Shown in pieces: positions 32,554 through 41,246 of a DNA stretch of 64,000 nucleotides. Source of the DNA: an uncultured Methanoregulaceae archaeon. Its GTDB lineage: Archaea > Halobacteriota > Methanomicrobia > Methanomicrobiales > Methanospirillaceae. Positions within the stretch are counted from its first letter, which is position 1, and each line of letters starts with the position of its first letter. The notes under the pieces were generated by a model. It saw nothing but the letters and a program-made list of their open reading frames with translations, ran no database searches and was not told the DNA's origin. Location: positions 288,001 through 352,000 of the forward strand of contig OY969564.1 of the NCBI GenBank assembly GCA_963701095.1. The letters are read 5' to 3'. Position numbers and translations under genes: made by a program.

Positions 32554-32590
32554 CTTTCACAAAACGAACGTTTATTGAAAGTATATAAAT
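32554..32590 (+). promoter_or_regulatory. Putative serine-recombinase site abutting the resolvase TATA box
   Basis: CTTTCACAAAACG-AA-CGTTTATTGAAAG imperfect inverted repeat (11/13) followed by TATATAAAT. Confidence 0.5.
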
Positions 32591-32614
32591 ACAACAACCA
32601 ACAAAGGTAGTATT

Positions 32615-33199
32615 ATGAAAGAAGTGGGGTATGCAAGGATAAGTACCGATAAACAGGTACTTGATGGCCAGTGTGAAGCTCTTCTCAAAATAATGCCCCG
32701 GGGGGATATCTACGCGGACACCTGCTCCGGTACAATACCCGCCAAAGAACGCCCGGGCTTTACTGCACTAATGGCAGCGGTGAAAGCGGGAGGAGTGAGT
32801 ACGGTTGTGGTCTATGAATTCTCCCGGCTGGGACGCTCGTATGCGGATTCAGTCCGAACAGTTCTCGACCTTGAGGATCTCAACATCACGGTCCGGTCTC
32901 TCTCCCCCAAAGAGGCATACATTAGCACTTGCGCTGATAAAGGCATGAAACGCATAATGCTGACGATCGCGCTGACATCGGCAGAGCGGGAGCGGGATCT
33001 ATTAAGCGAGCGGACAAAACAGGGCCTTGTGGCAGCCCGGGCACGCTTGAAGGTATCTGGCCGGGAACTGGGACGACCCACAATACCGTTTAACCGTGAA
33101 TTTGTCGAGGCAGAGAAGGCACGAGGGCAGACACACAAACAGATAGCCGCATCGTTAGGAATGGGTGTTACAACTCTCTGGAAGCGCATGAACGAATAA
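32615..33199 (+). CDS. Serine resolvase/invertase
   Basis: GYARISTDKQ, ERPGF, FSRLGRS, ERTKQGL, GRP, C-terminal HTH. Confidence 0.92.
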   Translation: MKEVGYARISTDKQVLDGQCEALLKIMPRGDIYADTCSGTIPAKERPGFTALMAAVKAGGVSTVVVYEFSRLGRSYADSVRTVLDLEDLNITVRSLSPKEAYISTCADKGMKRIMLTIALTSAERERDLLSERTKQGLVAARARLKVSGRELGRPTIPFNREFVEAEKARGQTHKQIAASLGMGVTTLWKRMNE

Positions 33200-33420
33200 G
33201 AGCGATCAACCCACCATTCTTTTTAATCATCACCCCCAACGCACAATAACGCCCGTATATGGCAGCAATAGCCAATCGGAGCCCGTATTTTCGTTTCACA
33301 GGCGAAAAACGGTTTTTATATACTGCCAGGGAGGCCAGATAAAAATCCGGGAATTTTCACCTTTTTGGAGGCCTACCCGCTTCTACAAAAATCTTAAAAA
33401 AATGGGTTTTTTTGAGGTCG

Positions 33421-33546
33421 TTATAAATTGGAAAGTGCCCCGAGTCCAAAACAAAAGACCACCAAGGCGATCAGGGCGATGAAACCCAGTACGATCGCTA
33501 CGGATATCCCGGTGGCAAATTTCCCGCAGAAAGATAGCAGGTCCAT
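33421..33546 (-). CDS. Small single-TM peptide (41 aa)
   Basis: MDLLSFCGKFATGISVAIVLGFIALIALVVFCFGLGALSNL. Confidence 0.4.
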   Translation of the reverse strand: MDLLSFCGKFATGISVAIVLGFIALIALVVFCFGLGALSNL

Positions 33547-33654
33547 TCTCTCAAACACTCTTTGATTGGGTTTTTCCCCTTGACACGATAAAACGTGTGG
33601 GGGCTCTGGATAAAATAACAAGATTAATCCCAATCGAGTATCTAAAACGACATT

Positions 33655-34260
33655 ATGAAAAAGAGCATTATTTTTACTGGGGTATTGCTTTTGATCATCG
33701 CGGTATTTGTTGCCGGGTGTACATCAAATTCCCCGGCCAGCACCACCACTCCGGTACCAACAACCCCCCAATTATCAACGGTTGACCCCGCAGATATGGC
33801 ACTAACGTTATCAGACGTGCCTACAGGTTTCACGATAAAAGAGGGATCAGAAAAGACGTCTTCAGATGTTAGTCAAGAATATATTAGAGATGGGTGGGAA
33901 AAGGGATATTATGTACAGTTCGACCGAGTGAATACTGCCACTCAAGATTTCGAAATTTTAGAACAAACACTGAGCGTTTATCCAATTGGTCACGTGAACT
34001 TGGTCATGACACAGGCGAGTACCGAAATACTACAAACGGCAAATGCGACCAATACCGTTGAAAAATTATCAGATCCTAGCATTGGTGATTCGAGTGCGGC
34101 ATTTAGGACAAAAACCAGCATCGATGGTTTTCCGGTCACAGGGTTTACAATATTTTTTGTAAAAAAAGACGTATTTGAAGCGTTAGACCTAGAGGGCACA
34201 TCGGCGGATTATGCAACGCTCAAGAACTTGGCAAACGTTTCAGTCTCGAAGATCAGATAA
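33655..34260 (+). CDS. Putative lipoprotein (element cargo)
   Basis: MKK + hydrophobic core + VAGC lipobox, Thr/Pro linker. Confidence 0.75.
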   Translation: MKKSIIFTGVLLLIIAVFVAGCTSNSPASTTTPVPTTPQLSTVDPADMALTLSDVPTGFTIKEGSEKTSSDVSQEYIRDGWEKGYYVQFDRVNTATQDFEILEQTLSVYPIGHVNLVMTQASTEILQTANATNTVEKLSDPSIGDSSAAFRTKTSIDGFPVTGFTIFFVKKDVFEALDLEGTSADYATLKNLANVSVSKIR

Positions 34261-34403
34261 ATAACCAATCATATTTTTCGTTTTTTTAGCAAACTCACGT
34301 CAGAAAAGTTACTGTTTACGCTGTTCAGGCTGTTCAATAAAACAAGTAAAGTTGTTATTAACGCAAGTGTACTTTATATCCTTTGAAAGTCATATGGCAG
34401 GGT

Positions 34404-34571
34404 ATGGCAATACAACACGAGCGAGCAGGCGTTGTATATCAGCGTACCTCCGTGGATATACCCGCCGATGTAAAGGCCGATGTCGATAAGTACGGAATCA
34501 ACGTCACGCAGACATCAGTGGAAGCCCTGAAAAAGGCAGTAGAACAGAAGAAGGCAGAGGTGCCGGCATGA
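34404..34571 (+). CDS. Small RHH-like regulator
   Basis: RTSVDIPADVKADVDKYGINVTQTSVEALKK; TATA-like CTTTATAT at ~34371. Confidence 0.55.
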   Translation: MAIQHERAGVVYQRTSVDIPADVKADVDKYGINVTQTSVEALKKAVEQKKAEVPA

Positions 34572-34708
34572 GCACCGATTACAACGACTTAAATAAGATC
34601 GACAATGACGGGAATCCGCTTGTTGGTAACGCCGGTGCGATTGCCATCCAACAGAGGATACTAACCGCACAAATCAAGAGCAGGGGGCCAGCACATGACC
34701 GACAGTAA
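34568..34708 (+). CDS. 46-aa hypothetical protein (not in ORF track)
   Basis: GAGGTG RBS, ATGA overlap; MSTDYNDLNKIDNDGNPLVG... Confidence 0.5.
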   Translation: MSTDYNDLNKIDNDGNPLVGNAGAIAIQQRILTAQIKSRGPAHDRQ

Positions 34709-34925
34709 CCCCGAAGAAGAAGCCGGCCAGAACTCCGCCGACGTGATGAACACCGGCAGAGACGTGCCCCTGACTCCCGGCGAGATCATGAACAGAGACC
34801 GAAAACAGCGGGCAGAGGCAGCCCTCCGGGAAAACGAAGCGTACCAGCGCGGTATGGCCGAAGGGATGCGGAAGTTTAACAGCACACTGTTGAATCCCGA
34901 GAACAATCAGGAGAAGGTGCAATAA
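34695..34925 (+). CDS. Hypothetical element protein
   Basis: Overlapping ORF chain; helical AYQRGMAEGMRK segment. Confidence 0.5.
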   Translation: MTDSNPEEEAGQNSADVMNTGRDVPLTPGEIMNRDRKQRAEAALRENEAYQRGMAEGMRKFNSTLLNPENNQEKVQ

Positions 34926-34926
34926 T

Positions 34927-35434
34927 ATGGCCGTTTCCGAAATGCAGATCGAGTACCGGGTCCGGCCCGTCATAGCCGAGATGGAAAAAGGGCTTTTTAA
35001 GGTCGTGGATGAACTCCAGAAGGAAACACTGGCTATAAACGTTGCCCGGGTCCGCTCGGATTTCATGCAGGACCTGACATCTTCACTAGGGCAGTACCCG
35101 GGAGCTCCGGTACTTTGGAGACGACGCCCCGGAGATTCATGCAGTCCCGCCTTCACAGCGAGAGAAGGAAAAGATAACGCTGAACCGGCCGGTCCGGGAA
35201 GTCCTCCGGGTTGTCAAGTACTGTCAGGACAATCCCCGTGTGACCGGCGAAGATTTACAGCGGCTCCGGTCCACGGCATTCAGGTCCTTCCCCCCGCATC
35301 TGAACATCCAGATCATCCCAATTCTTACCGCTTACGGTGAGATTTTCGTGAAGCTCGCAGAGTTCCAGCGGCTGTTACGGTTCGATGCGGAAGAAGAGCC
35401 GGCGGACAGCATTCTCAAGGCCCCCAAACGATGA
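34927..35434 (+). CDS. Hypothetical element protein (~168 aa, frameshift near 35090)
   Basis: Removing one G from the GGG near 35090 joins the start of ORF 34927 to the frame of ORF 35240..35434. Confidence 0.5.
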
Positions 35435-35565
35435 CACCGCCGGGGCACAGCACCCGGAGGCCAAAGGGGATCGTGTGCAGACAATGCGGACGGAGGTTCG
35501 CGGACTGGATGACCTTAATCCTGCACAAACCCTGTAAGGGCGTACCAGTCAAAACCAAACCATGA
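35431..35565 (+). CDS. 44-aa zinc-finger micro-protein (CxxC-x12-H-x2-C)
   Basis: MTPPGHSTRRPKGIVCRQCGRRFADWMTLILHKPCKGVPVKTKP; ATGA overlap with upstream stop. Confidence 0.55.
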   Translation: MTPPGHSTRRPKGIVCRQCGRRFADWMTLILHKPCKGVPVKTKP

Positions 35566-35813
35566 CCGGGGGGGCGAGCGGGTTTGTTACATTTTCCCGC
35601 GATGAACCCCTGCAGCGCCACCGTTACTGCATTTTTTACACACCCTGGGGGGGAAATTACAACCCCCCGGGGATCGTGCCGTTTTGTAACCGCAATTATC
35701 CGTCAATAAAGCCCCACCAAGGCACTTCTTTTGGCAAAAGTCCCTGCCGATGGGTAAAAGTATGCGGTAAGTGAAAGAAAGGCCGGTTTTAAGAGAAACA
35801 AACTTCAGAAAAG

Positions 35814-35898
35814 TGCGAGGGATGGGATTCGAACCCAAGAACTCCTACGAGATTAGGCCCTCAACCTAACGCCTTTGACCTGGCTTGGCTACCCTCGC
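35814..35898 (-). tRNA. tRNA-Leu(GAG), complete, inside the element
   Basis: GCGAGGG/CCCTCGC acceptor, TTAGG-TTGAGGG-CCTAA anticodon arm, long variable arm, GGTTCGAATCC T arm, discriminator A. Confidence 0.95.
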
Positions 35899-35955
35899 CC
35901 TTTACTTTTTTTGAGGGATTATCTTACCGAGCAACGCAGTGCCTAAACCTTGTCA

Positions 35956-35973
35956 TAGGCCCTCAACCTAGCG
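35956..35973 (+). repeat. att core, right copy
   Basis: TAGGCCCTCAACCTAGCG, identical to 27978..27995. Confidence 0.88.
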
Positions 35974-36000
35974 CCTTTGACCTGGCTTGGCTACCCTCGC
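35956..36000 (-). pseudogene. 5' half of host tRNA-Leu(GAG) (right junction)
   Basis: GCGAGGGTAGCCAAGCCAGGTCAAAGGCGCTAGGTTGAGGGCCTA then non-tRNA sequence. Confidence 0.9.
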
Positions 36001-36258
36001 CCAGATAAGAATTGCACTGCGACTGTCGCCGGTGAGGCCGGCTTATCCCGCTTCTGTGCCATAACAAAAAGGTTGTCTATCTAAAAGAATGTTATGGCCA
36101 TTTTTTCGTAATCCACGTCAGAACACGTATTCCGGAATCAGGTTGGCTAGTAAACACCGGTTATTTTCAAACAGAATATATTTTCCTATTGTTTGTATAC
36201 GTTAATGGCATGCCGGAAGCATACATGTATATTTATCTACGTTATACCCGGTGAACAT

Positions 36259-36760
36259 ATGTGGTCAGATATTATCCACGAATTTGCAGACTCGCCGTCC
36301 CAGGGTCGCGTTGTCCGGTTCCTCCTTGAAAACGGTTTTGGGGTTAACGAGGAAGGAAGGATCTGCTGCAATGATATAGAGATCCCGGCAACGTCAGTCG
36401 CAAAAGCGATTGGTTCGGATCGCCGCGTCGTGGATTCTACTGCACGACGCATACTGGACCGCCCTTTCCTGCGGGAGATCTTTCTTAATATGCGGGCGAC
36501 GCCGGACCTGAGCCGGGTTGCAGAATCCTTGGGGTTCTCAGTTATTGTTGTCATGCCCCGGGATGCGAATGAGCGTGGTATCATCGGTTCCGCCATCCGT
36601 GTTATTGCTGACCATTCTCTTGCGATCCGTCAGATATTTGTCACTGACCCCCAGTCTGTCTGAGGATCCCAAATTGGTAATCATTGTCGAGGATCCGTTA
36701 CCTGCAGGTGTGGTAAATGAGATCCGGTCCCTCCCGCAGGTGCGTCAGGTCATCATTTAA
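36259..36760 (+). CDS. ACT-domain regulator of amino acid metabolism (frameshift near 36655)
   Basis: MW..F..SPSQ..V..LLENG, DRRVVD, IRQIFVTDP; C-terminus in ORF 36518..36760. Confidence 0.8.
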
Positions 36761-36766
36761 AAAACG

Positions 36767-37264
36767 TCAATGCGTGAGCAGTTCCACGTCGTTAGCCAGC
36801 CGATACATCCGTTTTCGGATCTTCCGGGGAAGGTTAACGGCAGCGGCAATTTCCTCCTCGATGATTACCCGATTAGAACCGGCAATAAGGTTGTCACTGT
36901 GCGTGACGATTTTTTCCTCGATAGTTTGTGGCATACAATCACGGGGTAAAAGTCCAAGCAACGTGCATTCATCTGCAGTCAGGCCGGCTCCGGTGTGACA
37001 TTCCACGATTCTTGCTATCTCTTCACGAAATCCCTTTTCGCGCAGGAGATCTGCACCCCGTTGTGCATGACCGATTGAATGTGTATTCCCGCGACCAATA
37101 TCATGGAGCATCGCGCCGATAGTTACAAGATTTCTATCAGCGAGATCGGACCGCTTGGCATACTCCTCTGCGCAAGTGCATACCGCTTTACAATGAGCGA
37201 TTACCTTCGGTCTGACGCCGCCCTTACGGAGCAGGGAAATACAACGAATCCGGTTCTCAGGCAT
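36767..37264 (-). CDS. HDIG-domain metal-dependent phosphohydrolase (TIGR00295-like)
   Basis: LHDIGR, HTGAG, EEKIVTHSDN. Confidence 0.85.
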   Translation of the reverse strand: MPENRIRCISLLRKGGVRPKVIAHCKAVCTCAEEYAKRSDLADRNLVTIGAMLHDIGRGNTHSIGHAQRGADLLREKGFREEIARIVECHTGAGLTADECTLLGLLPRDCMPQTIEEKIVTHSDNLIAGSNRVIIEEEIAAAVNLPRKIRKRMYRLANDVELLTH

Positions 37265-37778
37265 GTCCCAAGGTTTTCTTCATGCTCTCGATGCGGTCCC
37301 GTAATGCTTTTACCAGCATTTCATTTTCAAAATGGGAAAGCGGGACGTCGCAGTTCGGGCACTTGAAATCGTTACCAATCGCTACCGTGAAGGTGTAAAT
37401 GTCGTGGCATTCCTTACAGATGTAGAAATCGTTCTCTTCTTCAAACATGATCCTGCGTTCAAGTTTATGAAGCACCATTTCCATTTCTTCACGGATTGCG
37501 TCATGGATATGATCTATCCGCAGCTGCCAGAGATAGGTCAGCCATCCGGTTTCGTTGTTCTTGATCCTGTGGTATTCAGCTAGTCGTTTCTCGTACAGTG
37601 TATACAGGGTATGCCGTACTGAGTTCAGGTTAATGCCGGTTTTAGCGGCTAGATCTTCGTCGCTGTGTTCGCCTTCTTTGGGGAATTTCTCAAGAAGATT
37701 GAGTCCCTCGTCACCCACCAGCCGGTGAATATATGATCGCATTGCGGGATTATTGAGTACTTCTTCCACTGGATCCAT
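37257..37778 (-). CDS. tfe: Transcription factor E (TFE alpha)
   Basis: wHTH VRHTLYTLYE, GWLTYLW, Zn ribbon CKEC..FKCPNC. Confidence 0.93.
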   Translation of the reverse strand: MDPVEEVLNNPAMRSYIHRLVGDEGLNLLEKFPKEGEHSDEDLAAKTGINLNSVRHTLYTLYEKRLAEYHRIKNNETGWLTYLWQLRIDHIHDAIREEMEMVLHKLERRIMFEEENDFYICKECHDIYTFTVAIGNDFKCPNCDVPLSHFENEMLVKALRDRIESMKKTLGHA

Positions 37779-38851
37779 CAGCGCATATATTGTCGGACGG
37801 TGCTAATATTCTTATCCAGCGTACCAAATGCTGCATTGCGGGATGGACCTGTGCCTGAGACACTCGTAATTGCCTGGCCCTCTTCAAAAAAAGTCCCGGG
37901 CCACGGGATATCCGAAACGACCGGTGCAAATACTTTTAAATCTGCATCAAGGGTCAGGTCCCGGTCAGCAAATAGGATCCGGCGTGCAGCAAATATCTGT
38001 GGCCGTGGTGGTTCAGGGAGCATTCCTGCACAGGCATTGACATGAAACCGGAACAGGTTACAGGCATATGCAGCCTCGATGGTATCAAGGGTACCCTGGA
38101 ACCGGGGATTCATTTCTATGACATATGGCACATCGTTGCCAACGACAAAATCGATGCCCAGGCAGCCGATACAACCACTTGCTCCCGCAACCTTTTCGGC
38201 AATCTTAACCATTTCTTTCGCCAACGGGTGGTCAAAGGGTGTTACTGATCCTGAGAAACCAAACGCCGATTCACCGGTTTCCCGAAGTATCTGTTCATTT
38301 ACTGCAATCGCCTTTGCCGCATAGCCGTTTGCGATGCAGCAGACGCTTGCCGGGACACCTTCGGCAACCTCTTGCCGGATGTAAGGAATATCCGGGAAAA
38401 GTGCTGCCCATTTTTTTTCTGCCAAGTTATCGTTTAGTATAGCATTACGCCAGCCTCCGGCACCCCGGCGCGGTTTTGCCATCACCGGATAGTGACCATC
38501 ACCAGCAATGCGGGGGACAGGGACCTTAAGTTCTTCAAAAAAATGCTGCATCGTGAGCTTGTCAAGGAAACGTTCGATGCGGTCCCGCGGCGTCCCGCAG
38601 AGCGGAACAGGAAAAGAGATATCTTCCGCACCAGAAGTAGCCACAGCGAAATCAAAGGAGTACCGGTTGCAAAGTTGGGAAATCGCGCCGGGAATGTCGC
38701 TGATATCCTCAAACCGTATCCGATCCCGGGTATACCAGGAAAGATCCTGGTCGCAGAAATGGTCAACCGCACAGACCTCGTACCCGGCAAGAGTAGCGGA
38801 CTGCGCTACATGCCGTGTAGTAAAACCGACAACAAGAACCCGTCCTTTCAC
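37778..38851 (-). CDS. ATP-grasp domain protein
   Basis: [30 protein letters not shown]. Confidence 0.85.
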   Translation of the reverse strand: MKGRVLVVGFTTRHVAQSATLAGYEVCAVDHFCDQDLSWYTRDRIRFEDISDIPGAISQLCNRYSFDFAVATSGAEDISFPVPLCGTPRDRIERFLDKLTMQHFFEELKVPVPRIAGDGHYPVMAKPRRGAGGWRNAILNDNLAEKKWAALFPDIPYIRQEVAEGVPASVCCIANGYAAKAIAVNEQILRETGESAFGFSGSVTPFDHPLAKEMVKIAEKVAGASGCIGCLGIDFVVGNDVPYVIEMNPRFQGTLDTIEAAYACNLFRFHVNACAGMLPEPPRPQIFAARRILFADRDLTLDADLKVFAPVVSDIPWPGTFFEEGQAITSVSGTGPSRNAAFGTLDKNISTVRQYMR

Positions 38852-39378
38852 AGTTCCTCCGTTTGTTTTCCGGCCTGCGATGGTATAATACGGATCTTCG
38901 CACCGGGAAATGTCCGGTTGAATTCTGACCCTTCATAGAAGCGATCGAGAAACAGCGCAAGACTTGCTATTTCTGAATGCGGCTGGCCGGTGACAGAAAC
39001 ATTGTAATCCGCTAGCCCGTACATCTCGCCGGGAACTTTTTCGGCCCCCACTACCACTAGCAGTTTCTCACACGGTTGAATTTCACCAATAATATCAGGA
39101 AGGTTAATTCCGTACATTGTGAGATGAACAACCTTCCCCCCGGCTGCTTTCCATTCCTTGATGCAGGTTCGCCACTTCACATCGTCGGTGCAGAAAAAAT
39201 TACCGCCCCACCGTTCTGCAACGTCAGCAACACTTTGCACTACACCCTTATCGCGGGTTGCAAGAAACATACCTGAGGCGCCAAGTGCCCGGCCAGTTAA
39301 TGCTACGTGAGTGGTAACCCGCTGGTCCCGTTCCGGCCGGTGACCTATCCTGAGTATCGCTACTTCTTTTTCCGTCAT
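38848..39378 (-). CDS. trm56: tRNA (cytidine(56)-2'-O)-methyltransferase
   Basis: [34 protein letters not shown]. Confidence 0.95.
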   Translation of the reverse strand: MTEKEVAILRIGHRPERDQRVTTHVALTGRALGASGMFLATRDKGVVQSVADVAERWGGNFFCTDDVKWRTCIKEWKAAGGKVVHLTMYGINLPDIIGEIQPCEKLLVVVGAEKVPGEMYGLADYNVSVTGQPHSEIASLALFLDRFYEGSEFNRTFPGAKIRIIPSQAGKQTEEL

Positions 39379-39653
39379 AGATCTTTTTTCCGTGCCTTTA
39401 TCATGCCGTCTTCAATGATATACGGGAGTGTATTATCATATTTTGCCTGGCATTTTATGAGTGCTTCTCCTATGGAAAGCACTCGTACGGCGCCGTCTTT
39501 CCGGTCGATAAGGAAGGAACGTTCGAGCCGGTCCAGTGAGGTTGCAATTTCCACCTCACTAATCCCGCTTTTTTCTGCAAGCCCTGCAGCAGTTATGGCC
39601 GGCTCCTGCGCGATGATGTGATAGACCAGCCAGTCCGTATCCGATTCTTTCAC
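39375..39653 (-). CDS. Winged-helix (MarR-like) protein
   Basis: wHTH pattern [14 protein letters not shown] start; overlaps trm56. Confidence 0.7.
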   Translation of the reverse strand: MKESDTDWLVYHIIAQEPAITAAGLAEKSGISEVEIATSLDRLERSFLIDRKDGAVRVLSIGEALIKCQAKYDNTLPYIIEDGMIKARKKDL

Positions 39654-39751
39654 CTTTACACATTCCGCCGCAGCCCCATTAAAATTTATTGCCCTTGTCT
39701 TTTACTGTCCGAACACGCACCCTTTTTGCTCATCAGGGCTTACCGTATGCC

Positions 39752-40156
39752 ATGGATGAAGAAGATCCTTCGTTTACCGAACTTGTCCGGATCGCAGACT
39801 GCCTTCTCGAAGAAAGTGGCGATGATGAAGATGCATTAGTGCGCAGGCTTGAAACCATGCCTCTGCCGGTCCTCCACGAACTGATAGTCTCGGATCTCCT
39901 GAACGCGTGGCAGGTTTTTTATTATTTTTTCCGCACCACGCCCGAAGAATTAATACGGGAACGTCTTGAACTCGAACCCGCGTCCTCACTTGTAGATGGG
40001 ATCGAGATAGATGAGATCGATCTCCTGATCCGGGTATTCCGGGTGAGAAATAGTATACCAGAGATTTTAGTTACTGACGGTAAAGAAACCCTCAAAACTT
40101 TTTCCGGCGTGAATGCATTTGACGATAGTTTTTCCTATATCGAATCGACTTCATAA
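39752..40156 (+). CDS. Acidic hypothetical protein
   Basis: ORF from MDEED; SDLLNAWQVFYYFFR. Confidence 0.6.
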   Translation: MDEEDPSFTELVRIADCLLEESGDDEDALVRRLETMPLPVLHELIVSDLLNAWQVFYYFFRTTPEELIRERLELEPASSLVDGIEIDEIDLLIRVFRVRNSIPEILVTDGKETLKTFSGVNAFDDSFSYIESTS

Positions 40157-40863
40157 ACGATCGCCGGCAGTAATCAGCTGTTCATCGACCCGTGCTGGGA
40201 CAACCGGGGGACTGTTCCCCACTCAATAATCGTTTCTCTCATGATGGCATAGACACCCTGGACCGTCGTCGGGGGAATGCTATCAAGGATACGCCGGTCA
40301 TCCGGCCGCAGCTCATTGCAGACAGCAGTCGCCCAGGCATCGGCGACAAGCGGGTCCTGCGCAAAGATTGTGACTGCGTCGGCTATACCAAATGATATGG
40401 AGGGACCGACGGTCGCTGATGACGTACAGATCCCAAACGGTTCTTTTTGTGGAGGGATAATAAATGCGATCCGGTCAGAGGCCGGGGCTGTTCCTGCATG
40501 AACACCTACGGTTAGTTCGCGTTCGCTCACAAGGGCAATATCGCCACCGTTATCGATGACCCCAAACGAAGCCCCTGCTTTTATCATGGCGTCAATGCCG
40601 GCAGCTGCTATGGCACCAGCTACCGTTGCCATCGGTCCGACACCCGCTTCAGCTGCTGATTCTGCCATGTGGCAAATAAGGGGGTCATCTGTATCCGGTT
40701 TGTACGGGAAAAAAGTACTGGCAAAAAAAGGGTCACGGGCGATATGCGCTTCAAGAACGAGCCGGGCGGAAATCATACCCTCCTTTGCAGCGGCCGCGTG
40801 AACCGGAGAATCGGCCAGGATCGCGGCAAAGGTTTCGCGGTACCGGAACGGCTCGCGGATCAT
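40151..40863 (-). CDS. UPF0280/ApbE-superfamily protein (frameshift near 40205)
   Basis: VGPMATVAGAIA, DNGGDI, CTSSATVGPSISFG.ADA. Confidence 0.85.
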
Positions 40864-41246
40864 AGAGGAAGCGAAAGCGCCTGGTGGGGGCATGCCGGGA
40901 CGCATTTACCGCAAAGGATACACTTTTCTTCTGCTATAGAAAGTTTCCAGTCTTTGTCAAATGTGAAAACTTCCCGGGGGCAGATAGCAATACAGGCACC
41001 GCAGTCCACGCATTCGCTGAGATCGAGACTGATTCCGTGTTCGAGCAATCTAACCGTTGCCCCCAGCCGGGTCAGACTGTCCCGCACGAGTTTGCACTGT
41101 TCCTGGGGGACTTCAATAAGCGCTTCACCTTCAGAAGTATCAATAACGGCCCGTTCTACATTGATAAGCACTCCGGTGTCCTTTACTGCCTGGGCAATAA
41201 TGGGGGCATTTTTCCGTCCTTTGGAAAAGTTTACCAGGAGTTTCAT
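40860..41246 (-). CDS. NIL domain + 2x[4Fe-4S] ferredoxin (homocysteine biosynthesis partner)
   Basis: CVDCGACIAIC and CILCGKCVPACP; coupled to upstream COG1900 gene. Confidence 0.88.
   Translation of the reverse strand: MKLLVNFSKGRKNAPIIAQAVKDTGVLINVERAVIDTSEGEALIEVPQEQCKLVRDSLTRLGATVRLLEHGISLDLSECVDCGACIAICPREVFTFDKDWKLSIAEEKCILCGKCVPACPHQALSLPL

Larger units (their letters stand above)
27978..35973. mobile_element. Integrative element (~8 kb) inserted in the anticodon arm of tRNA-Leu(GAG)
   Basis: 18-bp direct repeat TAGGCCCTCAACCTAGCG at both ends; integrase, SF3 helicase and resolvase inside; removing it rebuilds a complete tRNA. Confidence 0.9.

Noticed and set aside
35562..35838. ORFs 35562..35774 and 35587..35838 and G/C-run repeats near 35645-35672
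   Set aside because: One ORF starts inside the tRNA, neither has recognisable features, and the repeats are too weak to assign a function.
35814..35871. Conventional reading: 58-bp attL/attR repeat (27938-27995 vs 35814-35871) with the intact tRNA as the restored host gene
   Set aside because: It has two mismatches that pair with each other, leaves the 5' half at 35956-36000 unexplained and ignores the exact 18-bp core and symmetric arms. It is less parsimonious, though not formally excluded.
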